NCBI GenBank assembly: GCA_025558095.1
Contig: JAIVFI010000033.1
Span: 496,001-560,000 of the forward strand
Direction of reading: 5' to 3'
DNA: 64,000 bases
Origin: Hyaloraphidium curvatum SAG 235-1
Lineage: Eukaryota > Fungi > Monoblepharomycota
In this document: piece after piece, positions 33,004 through 43,513 of the stretch
Layout of the letters: each line of letters opens with the position of its first letter
Numbering within the stretch: position 1 is the first letter of the stretch
The notes under the pieces: model-generated
Seen by the model: only the letters and a program-made list of their open reading frames with translations
Databases searched by the model: none
Told to the model about the DNA's origin: nothing
Position numbers and translations under genes: made by a program

Positions 33004-36000
33004 ATGCCGCCGCCGAAGGACAGCGCCGCGTACTGGCGCCAGAGGCTGGCGGGGAGGACTCAGCTCGATCTTGTTGACGAGCAAATTGGGGAAAGCGGCG
33101 CCCGGGCGCTCGCCGAGGCCTTGAGGGGTAACATCTCGCTGACCAAACTCGACCTGGACGGCAACTCCGTCGGCGACGGAGGCACTCGTGCGCTCGCACG
33201 GGCCCTGAAGGGGAACTCGGTGTTGACCACTCTCAAACTGGGTGTTAATGCCGTTGGGGATGAAGGCGCCTGCGCGCTTGCCGGGACGCTGAAGGGCAAC
33301 TCAGCACTGATGACTCTGGACCTGAGCCTGAACTCAATTGGGGCGGAAGGTGCCCTCGCACTCGCAGATGCGCTGAAGGAGAACTCGACGCTGGCCATCC
33401 TGCATCTGTACGGCAATTCTATCGGGGACGAAGGCGCCCGCGCACTCGCCGGCGCCCTGAGGCGCAACTCGACGTTGTCAACCCTGTATCTCTTCAGCAA
33501 CGACATTGGCGACGGCGGCGCCGTCGCGCTACTCTCGGCGCTGGAGCTCAACCCTTCCCTCGCGAAGCTAGACGTGGACTCCAACGGGATCTCCGGCACC
33601 CTGGTCGACCGGATCAAGTGCACCGTCGCGGATCCCGCGAGGAAGGAGAGGGCACTTGGGCCAAGCTGATCGGCCCCGGGATGGCACGAAGACGCAGATG
33701 GGCGTGCTGCACCCGCGGGCGGAGCAGATCCTGTTCGACAAGGCGCTCCTGGAGGCCGAGCCGGCCCAGCCGGCCGATCCGCTGCCACGTGCCGGGGGGC
33801 AGGCCGACGAGCGTCTCACCCAGGGGCGGCGCCAAGCCGATTTGGATGGGCCAGAGGCCCACATGAAGGATGTCGGGGACATCACGGAGCGGCATATTGT
33901 GTTCGCACGGCTGCAGGAGCAGTGGGGGGAGCTTGACCGCGCCGTGGAGGAGTTGGGGCTGCTTAAGCCCGTGGCCGCCGAGCAACCCTGCAAGGGGGAG
34001 CAGGTTCGGGAGCCGGGCCGACTCCAACGGGCTGAGAAGGTGCAGGTGCTCGAACCGCGAAGGCAAGATGCCGGGCAAGTGCGGAATCCCGAGACACGCC
34101 CGGTGGCCGAGCGGAGCGGGATATTCATCCGACGTGTGGAGGTGCTCGAGTCGCGTTGGAAGCCGAAGCGACCGCCGCAGGCTGGGCGGCCTCGGGAGGC
34201 CGAGCTGGCAGTGGATCTGGAGTGGGGGCCCAAGGTTGAGGAGGTCGAGAAGCCCGGGCGACGTCTGGAGGCCGAGCAGGGTACGCAAGCCGAGCGACGC
34301 CGGAACGCCGAGCACGTGGGGAAGCCCGAGCGACACCGGGAAGCCGAAGCTGTTCGCGAGGCGGAGCGACGCGAGGAGGTCAAGCCACCTCGGAAGGCCC
34401 AGCTGGCGCCGAAACCTGCACGACCGCAGGAGGGCGAGCAACCGCTGGGTGTTGGGCAAGTGGGGGAGTGCGAGCGACTACTCAAGAAGGCCAAACCGTT
34501 GCCGGAGCGACGCCGAGATGCGCCGCAAGTGCACGTGCCCGATGCCCTGCCAGAGGCCGAACGAGTGCACGAGGCTGAGCCCCGCGGGAAGGCCGAGCGG
34601 CATCCAAAACTGGAGCTACGGCCGGAATTCGTGCGACTTCTGGAGGCTGGGCCACTCGGGAAAGCCAAGCACCGGCTGCAGGCCGAGCAACCGCAGAACG
34701 CGGAGCGACGACAAGAGGCCGAAACCATTCCGAAGGCCAAGATACTTGGAGAGGCCAAGCCTCCGCCGGAGGCCGAGAAACCCCCGGAGGCCGAGCAGCT
34801 CACAGAGGCGGAGTGTGAGCGGCTGGCCAAGCTGGCGCGGAAGGCCGAGCGGCGGAGGATCGCGGCGGAGCAGGAGGCTGCGCGGCAGCGGCAGCGTGAA
34901 GCCGACGAGGCCGAGGCCCGCAGGAGGGAGGAACACCTTTTGGACGAAGCCAGGGCCCGGCAAGAGCAAGAGGCGGAGCTGGCACGCCGCCTGGATGAGC
35001 TGAGGGTGCGCGAGCAGGAGGTGGAGCGGAGGATGGTCGAGGCCGAGGAGAAGGCCAAGCAGGCATCGTCCCTCGTCGAGCGCGCCAGCTCGAGGAGCAG
35101 CTACGAGATCGACGGCAAGCACCTGGAGCAGGGACGATACCTCGGCGCGGGCGGTTGCGCGACTGTGCTCGAGGGAACGTACCAGAAGCACACCAAGGTG
35201 GCGCTCAAGATGATTCGCGGCTCGAATCTGACGGGCGACGAGCTGGAAAAGGTCATTGCGGATGTTGAACGGGAGCGCGATGTCGGTTCAAGCTTTCCCT
35301 ACCACGTCAATGGTCAGCCGGCTGGTCGCCGTCTTTGCTCGTACTGACTTCACGCCGCCCAGTTCTCCCTCTGATGGGATGGTGCCGCGAACCACTCTGC
35401 CTCGTCACGCTGCTCATGGCCGGCGGGACGGCAAAGAGGTACCTCTCCGGGCTCAAGCCGAAAGCCTACGAGCCGCGCGCAGTACACCAGCTTCTGTTCC
35501 AGGTCGCGCTCGGGATGAACCACCTGCACTCCCTGCCGACGCCGATCCTGCACCTAGACCTCAAGGGCGAGAACGTGTTGGTGGATGAGAATGGGATCGC
35601 CAAGGTCTCGGACTTTGGCTTGTCCAAGATCCGGACCACCGCCGCGCTGCAGTCGACTGCCCACGGCGGTGGAACGCCGGTGTACATGGCACCCGAACGT
35701 GGGTTCGCGCACGCGGACGGGTTGATCCTTGACTCGGGAAAGTTTCCGCCGCAGTATTTGCCGAGCGGCCGAAGCCAGGAACGGCCACGGACGTGTACGC
35801 CTTCGGGATGACCATGTGGGAGCTCCTTTCCCAGGGCCAAATCCCGCTTGCGGATGAGATTATGGACGAGGGCATGTGGATCCCCGCGATGCGCTGCGTC
35901 GACATGCAGGTGCTCGGTGCGCGGCTTCGGACCGACCCGAGATTCCGCCCTGAGCGACCGGGCGGGATCCCGGACGCCACCTGGGCGCTCATGCAGAGGT

Positions 36001-36080
36001 GCTGGGCGATGGATGCCGGAGCTCGGCCGGGGTTTGGGGAGGTCGCGGACGAGCTGAGGAGGATCCTTGATGCTCTGTGA
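33004..36080 (+). pseudogene. LRR-kinase #5 (~7 LRRs, long charged spacer, coiled coil, non-RD kinase); frame break after the LRRs
   Basis: N-cap DSAAYWRQRLAGRTQL; LRRs; frame break near 33660; kinase with altered G-loop [30 protein letters not shown]; introns 35313-35362 and 35699-35754. Confidence 0.78.
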
Positions 36081-36155
36081 GCGGCGAAACGATTCTGGGT
36101 ATTGGCGGGACTCGATGTTCTCGTGTATCTTCTTCCTTTGGATGCTTGGGCCTTT

Positions 36156-36319
36156 CGGAGATGGACGCGGTGCCGCCCGAGGAGATGGTCACGGTCGGCA
36201 TGGAAGAGGGGGAGGAGTGATGCCGGGTTGCACCGTAGTCCGCATGGATATCTTGATTCACGACATGTGGATGACATTGCAAAGATGTTCCAGACAAGAC
36301 GTGGCTACAGTTTCCCTCT
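36156..36319 (+). repeat. 164-bp direct repeat, right copy; overlaps the last codons of the TauD gene
   Basis: See 30988-31151. Confidence 0.9.
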
Positions 36320-37459
36320 GGCCCCCAGGATCCCCTCCGCCACCAGCGCCGGCACGTACCCGGGCGCCTCCTCGCACACGTGCCGCGGGCGGTCGCCGCC
36401 GATGGTGATGCGGTGCACGAGCCGGCGGTGGCCGTGGTAGTCGTTCACCGCGTTGTGCATCACGCACCGGTTGTCCCAGATCGTGAGCGTGCCGACCTCC
36501 CACTGCACGCGGCACTGGAACTCGTTCTGTGCGCCCCGGATCGCAAGGCAATGTTCAGTGCAAAGAACAGAACGCGCCCGCCCCGCAGCAACTCACCTTG
36601 ATCGCATGCGCCCAAAGGAACCCCAGCAGCGCCTTGCCCTCCTCGGCCCCCCACCCCTCGATCCCCTCGGTGTGCACCGCGCTCGTGTACAGCGCCCTCC
36701 TCCCCGTCTCGGGGTGCTGCCTCACCAGCGGGTGCGCGTTCCTGTGCACCGGCGCGGCCAGGTTGAACTTTGACCTGTCGAAGTCGCCCAGCGCGCCGGG
36801 CTGCTGCACGATGGCCTGGGTGGCGAAGTTGGCCTGCACCACGCGGAGGGGGTCCAGGGTGCGCCGGAAGGCGGGGGTGAGGGTCTCGTAGGCGAGGTAC
36901 ATGCTGGTGAAGAGGGTGTCGCCGCCGACCTCGGGCATCTCGCGCGCGAGGAGCATGGTGTACTTGGGAGGGTTGGGGAGGTACGAGGAGCTGCCAGGGG
37001 CGGGAGGGACGTCAAGGAGGGAGCAAAAGTAACGGGCGCAGGAACTTGCTCGCTATGCCAGGCCCCGCCAAAGTTCGTCGTCTGCTCCTCGGCCTTGGAG
37101 ATGGGCGTGATGTTGGGGAACTCGGGCGACACGCCCTGGAGCATGGGGTACACGTTGGACTCGCCGAACTGCCTCGCGACCCGCAAGTATGCCGCGTGAT
37201 CCAGATGGCCCTGGTCCCGGATGCAGACGACGCCGTAGCGCAGCAGCGCGTCCCGGATCTCGGCCATCACGGCGGGGTCGCCCTCCTGCTTGGCGAGGTC
37301 GACGCCGCGGATCTCTGCGCCGAGGGCGCCCGACAGCCGCTTCACTTTGATGTGCCTGTAGGTCGGGCGATCGCCGGCGGCCTGCAGCCACCGCCCGGCG
37401 GTCCAGTCGCTGCCGAGCTGCGACTTGGCGGTCTCCGCGGCCGCGGGCATGGCGGACAT
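36305..37459 (-). CDS. TauD/TfdA family 2-oxoglutarate/Fe(II) dioxygenase
   Basis: [15 protein letters not shown]; WHSD (HxD, split by a likely GC-AG intron ~36991-37049); [14 protein letters not shown]; [12 protein letters not shown]; [11 protein letters not shown]; second intron ~36528-36596. Confidence 0.9.
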
Positions 37460-37664
37460 GGCGGCTGCCGGCGCGCCGACCTCCACCCGCGCAGCACTGT
37501 CCGCTTCGGGGCGCCCTCCTTTCTTTGCGGTCGAGCGGTCGGCAACCTGCTCCGCTGCTTTGGGAGCGTGCGGTTTCGCCGAGGGCTCTCTGGACAAGGG
37601 ATCGAGTGAGTGGCGGCGACCGCTGGGAGACATCGAATCTCCGTGCGCCCTCCGCCGCCGAAGC

Positions 37665-39009
37665 ATGCCATCGTCAGCCGAGCTCGCCGCGCTGTGCGCC
37701 GCCGACCCCGAGTTCCGCCTGCACGCGCGGCGGTGGGACGGCGGCTTCGTCCTCAAAATCGGGGAGACCGCGCTGCAAGTGTCGCTCAAGGACGGGACGC
37801 CCGAGGCAGGCGAGCCGCAGGGCGACGACGTGGTCGAGATCCAGGCGTCGCAGGAGGTGTGGGATCAGGTGCTGGCAAAGGTGCCGCCGAGGTGCGTCCA
37901 TCGGTCGGCACATCTCCTGGTCCCTCTGGTTTATCGCCCTCGGATTTAGGTTCTTGAACCAACTGTGGCCCGCCACCGAATCCGGCCTCAAATCCACCCG
38001 CAACCACCTCGTCTTCTGCCAGCGCTACTCGGCCGTCGATCGCGCCATCGAGCTCCTCCGCGCCGCTACCTCGGGCCCCGCCCCGCAGCGCCCCGCCGCC
38101 TCCCCGCCCAAGCAGGCGGGCGACTTCGACTCCCCCGTGGGCCGCTACATCCGCCTCGACCTCAGCGGCGAGCAGCACCGCATCTACTTCGAGTCCGCCG
38201 GCGAGGGCATCCCCCTGCTGCTGCAGCACACGGCCGGCTCGCACGGCACGCAGTGGCGGCACCTCTTCGAGATGCCCGAGATCACCTCCCGCTTCAAACT
38301 GATCGCATACGACCTCCCGCACCACGGCAAGTCCGTCCCCCCCGAGGGCGCGGCGTGGTGGGCGCGCCCGTACAAGCTCACCAAGGAGCGCGCGATGGAG
38401 CTTCCCGTCAAGCTGGCCGAGGCGCTGCAGCTGGACAGGCCCGCGTTCATGGGGTGCTCCGTCGGCGGCCTCCTCGCGCTCGACCTGGCGCGGTACCACC
38501 CCGAAAAGTTCCGCGCGGTGGTCGCCGTCGAGCCCTCGCTCAAGGTGCGCGCCGACCTGTCGCAGTTCTGGACGCTCTGGGACCCGCGCATCTCCAACGA
38601 GTTCAAGGCCCGCATGATGCGCGGGCTGACCGCCCCGACCTCCCCCGAAAACCTGCGCCGCGAGACGGAGCACACCTACGCCGCCGGGTGGCCGCCCGCG
38701 TTCTTGGGCGACCTGCACTACTACGCCGACGACCACGACCTCCGTGCCGAGGCATCCAACATCGACACCGAAGCATGCCAGGTGCACATGCTGACGGGGG
38801 AGTACGACGCGTCGGCCACGCTCGAGGACGGGAGGGAGTGCCACGCGGCGATCCGGGGGTCGACGTTCGCGGAGATGCTGGGGATGGGGCACTTCCCGAT
38901 GAGCGAGGATCCGCAGGGGTTCGCGGGGTACCTGATGCCGATCCTGGACAAGATCGCGGCGGGAGGCGAGGGGGGGAAGCACGCGAACGGGGTCAGCGGG
39001 GATCACTGA
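37665..39009 (+). CDS. Alpha/beta hydrolase with N-terminal SCP2-like extension, bacterial-like
   Basis: GIPLLLQHTAG; DLPHHGKS; nucleophile elbow GCSVGG; GEYD; GHFPMSEDP; intron ~37892-37949. Confidence 0.85.
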
Positions 39010-39411
39010 TGGTGACGGGAAGCAGCAAGGGTGCTGTTCGTCGCAGTCACGGCGTTGTTTCGGTGTTTCCGCGTTCGAACACTCTCGGTGTCGTCATGAC
39101 ATGCTCATGATCTGCCCGACCTGCCACACTTGCTGCCTCCCCAGCTTCCCAGCCCTGTGTCCTAGCCATCCACGTCAAGGACTCGGGAACACCGTGTCGG
39201 CGGCAGTTGGGTCCGCAAGCATCGCGGTGGCGTCTTGGCCCCCCATCGTCTCCTTTCTGCAGCGCCTACAACCAATCATCACCGACGTTCTCGCTCTTCC
39301 CTGTATGAGGTTTCTAGCGCATCGATCGCCGGGACCATTCTGGAGAGCTGGAGGCGGCCGACCGTGCGGAACGACCGCCAACTGTCCCCCGTCCGCCCCG
39401 CTCCCACAGCC

Positions 39412-40116
39412 ATGGCCCCCCTCCCGGGCATCCTCCAGTTCATCACGTCGCTCGTCGACGGCGACGGCAAGCCCGTGCCGGCGGACGTTCTGGACTCGCT
39501 GCGGGACAAGGCCGTCGGGTGAACCGAACCGGGCCGCGGGTCCGGACGAATGGGCTGACCGGAGGGAGGGCAGGCTGTACTTCTCGGCGCTGTGGTGTCC
39601 GCCGTGCAGGCAGTTCGCGCCGAGTGGGTTCCGTCGGGTCCGTCGCTCGCCGCAACGGAAGGACGGCCTGACTCCGGCCCTCGGCCGGCAGTGCTCGCCG
39701 ACTACGCCTCGGCCCGCTCCAAGGACCTCGCCATCGTCTACGTCTCCAACGACCACTCGGAGCCCGAATTCCTCAAAAACATCGCCGGCAAGCCCTTCCT
39801 CGCCGTGCCGTACGCGGACCTCCGCGCGAGGCAGATCCTCTCCACCGCCCTCGAGATCGCCTCCATCCCGACGCTGGCCGTGTGCGAGCCCGGGACGGGG
39901 CTGGTGGTGAGCTTTGGGGGGAGGGAGGAGGTGACGTACCACAAGATGAGGAGGGCCGAGGATCCGCTGGCCAAGTGGGTGGGCAAGGGGGCCAAGGGGA
40001 ACCTGGAGGAGCAGGAGGAAGAAAGGAAAAGGAAGGAGGCCGAGGGGGGCGAGGGAGGGCAGGGAGGGGAAAGCAGTGGGTTCCACGCGGTGTGGGCTGG
40101 GCGTTCACTGTGCTGA
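39412..40116 (+). CDS. Nucleoredoxin/tryparedoxin-like thioredoxin-fold protein
   Basis: LYFSALWCPPCRQF; IVYVSND; SIPTL; two short introns (~39519-39573, ~39625-39691). Confidence 0.85.
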
Positions 40117-40224
40117 CCGCCCCGTACCCTTCGCCAGAGCTCTGAATCTCTTGCAAGGTGGACTGTGGTATCATGTGCCAGTTTCAATGAAGTAGATGTC
40201 TTCATCCTCCCGTTGCTTCCGCCC

Positions 40225-41557
40225 TCAGTAGACGGCCGACGCCCTCCCGCCGTCCTCGACCTCCTCCGCCTCCTCGACGCTCTCCCGCAGGTCCCTTACG
40301 TACTCCTCCACCGCGCCCTCGTGCAGCAGCGACAGCATCAGGTGCAGCCCGGGCGGCTGCCTCACCATCCCCGGCACCCATCCGCGGCGCGCCATCCCCG
40401 CGGCGATCGCGTCCGCGGACTTGCGGGGGTGCCCGAACGACACGATCGTCAGGTCCGGTTTCCCGTAGACCCGCATCCCGGGGACGCCCTCGATCCCCTT
40501 CACGTACGCTTCCCTCGTCGCGATCAGCCTCCTCGCCATGGCCACGTAGCCCTCCCTCCCCAGGTACCGCAGCACGGCCCACGCGGCGGCGACGGCGCCG
40601 CCCGGGCGGGTGCCGGCGAGCGTGTGCGTGGCGAAGCGGCCGTTGGGCCAGACGTCGAGGTCGAGGAGCTGGTGGGCGTGGAGGGCGGGGGTGCGGTAGA
40701 AGACGGTCGAGGCGGGCTTGGGGCACATTCCGAACTGCCGACCGGGAGGAGGCGTTAGGGGGTCGGGAGAGCCAACGAGTGGCGTTGCGGTGAAGCACCT
40801 TGTGGAGGTCCGCGGACAGGCTCGACACGCCGGGAAGGGCAAAGTCAAAGTCCGGGATGGGCAGCCCCAGGTCGCGCGCGAACGGGGCGAGGTAGCCCCC
40901 CACGCAGGCGTCCACGTGCAGCCACACGTCCTTGGAGATCGCCAGCTCCGACAGCGCTGGGATCGGATCGACGACGCCGTAAGGGAAGCAGGGGACCGAA
41001 CCGACGATCATGATGGTGTCGGCGTCGATGGCGGCGGCCATCTTCGAGACGTCCGCCCGCAGGTCCTCGCCCACGGGCACCCGCCGCACGGGGAGGTCCA
41101 TCAGCGCGGCGCCCTTGTCGAAGGCCGGGTGCGCCGTCACGGGAAGCACCAGGTTGCCTCTGAACTGGGAATCCCCCCGCTTCTGCCTGCTGTGGTCGCG
41201 GCACGCCTTGACGGCCATCACGATCGACTCGGTGCCGCCCGACGTCATGTTTCCCTGCGCGCCCGGCGGGCCGAGGAAGAGGTCCAGCGCCATCGCCACG
41301 ACCTCGTCCTCCATCCTCCTCAGGCTGTGGAACGCCCTCTTGCCGCCCAGCGCGTTTTCGGAAAAGTACGCGTTGAAGGCGGCCTGGCCGACCTCGGCGA
41401 CGCCCTCGACGGCGCCGAAGACGTAGAGCGGCACGCGTCCGGCCTTCCACGCGGCGTCGCCCTCTTTCATGTCCTGCAGGCGCGATGCGACCTCGGCGGC
41501 CGGCAGGCCCGACGCCGGGAACCTAGTCTGCGATTCGCTGGCGTCCGACGCGGGCAT
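40225..41557 (-). CDS. PLP-dependent group II enzyme, sphingosine-1-phosphate lyase-like (no N-terminal TM)
   Basis: TSGGTESI; AHPAFDK; FPYGVVDPI; HVDACVGG; SADLHK(FG) PLP lysine; GTRPGG; intron ~40735-40798. Confidence 0.85.
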
Positions 41558-41681
41558 ATTGAGGGAATAGAGGTGCTAGCGGGTTAGTTGAGGTGATTCG
41601 CGGGAGCCGCCACCGATCAGTCTCCCGCGACTGCCTCCCGCCCTCCTTCGCTGCCCATCGCGCGTCGTCATTCTCTGAGAG

Positions 41682-43114
41682 ATGGCACCGGGCCCGCGTC
41701 CCTCCCTGCTCCGCCCGCCCGCGCCGGACGTCGACCGCATGGGCGCGCTGCTCCCCTTCGACGACCCGGCGTGGATGCAAGACTGGTTCTCGCCGTACCA
41801 CTCGGCCTCGCACTTTGCCCTGGCCCGCTTCGTGCGCGCCTTCATGGAGGAGGAGATCCTGCCGCACGTCGAGGACTGGGAGGAGGCCGGCGAGGTCCCC
41901 GATGCGGTGTTCGGCAGGTTCGCCGAGCTCGGCCTGGTGGCGCTGCATTTCGCGCCCGACGACCCGGAGGTGTACGACCTGCTGCCGGAGGGGTTCCCGA
42001 TCCCGGCGGGCCTGCGGAGGGGTGACATCGATCACTTCCACAAGGTGGGCCGGCCTGCAGGGGGGCCTTTCATCGAACTGACGGCCTTCACCTGCCCTGA
42101 CGGCAGATGATCCTGCTGAACGAGCTGCACCGCGTCGCGTCGGCCGGCGTCATGGCGGGCTGCTATTTCGGCGGGAACGCCATGTCCCTCCCCTGCGTCC
42201 TCCGCCACGCCACGGACTCGGTGCGCCGCCGCGCCGTGCGCGAGGTGTGCTCCGGCCGCGCGAGGATGTGCATCGCCGTCACGGAGCCGGGCACGGGCAG
42301 CGACGTGGCCAACATCGAGTGCTCGGCGGTGCTATCGGAAGACGGGAAGCACTTCGTCGTCAACGGCACGAAAAAGTGGATCACGTACGGGCTCAGGTCG
42401 GACTACTTCCTCACCGCCGTCCGGACCGGCGGCCCGGGCGCGTCGGGAGTCAGCCTCCTGCTGATCGAGCGCGCGCACGGGGGCGTGCTCACGCGGCGCA
42501 TGAAGATGCAGGGCGGCCACGCTTCCCAGACGACGTTTGTCGAGTTCCGCGACACCAAGGTGCCCGTCGAGAACCTCGTGGGCGAGCTCGGCAAGGGCTT
42601 CCGCCTGACCATGGCCAACTTCAATTCGGAGCGGATCGACATGCTCGCCGGCGCGCTCACCTCCTCCCGCGTCGCGTACGGCGAGGCCCTGCGCTACGCC
42701 TTCGTCCGGCGCACCTTCGGCAAGCTGCTGATCGAGCACCCCGTGATCCGCGCCAAGCTCGCCGGCATGGTGCGGCAGATCGAGTCCGCGCAAGCGTGGC
42801 TGGACCTCCTCGTGCACCAGCAGTCCCGGTTCGCGCGGCTCCCCGGAGGCCGCGAGCTGTTCGACGACCGCGCGGCCCCTGCCATCGCGCTGCTAAAGGC
42901 GCACGCGACGCTCGTGATGGAGCACGTCGCCCGCGAGGCTGCGCAGATCTTCGGCGGGCTCGCGTACACGCGAGGGGGCCGGGGCGGCACGGTGGAGCGG
43001 GTGTACAGGGACAAGAACTGGTACGCGATACCGGGGGGCAGCGAGGAGATCATGCTGGATTTCGCGCTCAGGGACGGGATGAAGAAGGCGAGGGGGATGG
43101 GGGCCAGCCTGTGA
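41682..43114 (+). CDS. Acyl-CoA dehydrogenase
   Basis: IAVTEPGTGSDVA; VNGTKKWIT; FNSER; RRTFGK; QIFGGLAY; IPGGSEEIM; intron ~42045-42105. Confidence 0.92.
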
Positions 43115-43426
43115 GGTGCTGGCCGCGGGGGTGCCGGGTCGGGACGGCGACGGTGTGCGGGAATGGGTGCCGCAGTCCGCGCTCCGGGACCGGTGCTATC
43201 GAGCGATGCAGGCATTAGGGAACCGATTTGGGCGGCATAAGGATGGGGTGCGGACGGATGTTTCCGGCAAGCTGCCACCGAATTGACCCGGACGGGTCGA
43301 AATGACACTCTCCAAGAGCCAGAGCACTCTTCTTTGCCTAATGTGACATGTTGAAGTTGCCGGCAGACGGAAAGGAACGAGGACCGACGCTGCTGGCTCC
43401 GCTTGGCGTACAGCCGCAGGCGGCGG

Positions 43427-43434
43427 GGCTTAGC
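43427..43434 (+). promoter_or_regulatory. GGCTTAGC upstream motif of LamG copy 3
   Basis: 8-mer 87 bp upstream of ATG 43514. Confidence 0.5.
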
Positions 43435-43513
43435 AGGGTTCCCCCGTCTTCACACACACACCGGACAGAATGGAGCCCAAATGGCCCCGTCGGTCCTCCT
43501 AGACGACCGCAAT

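Noticed and set aside
919-36080. Canonical NLR (NACHT/NB-ARC) call for the LRR genes
   Set aside because: No P-loop or Walker motifs lie between the LRRs and the kinase in any copy.
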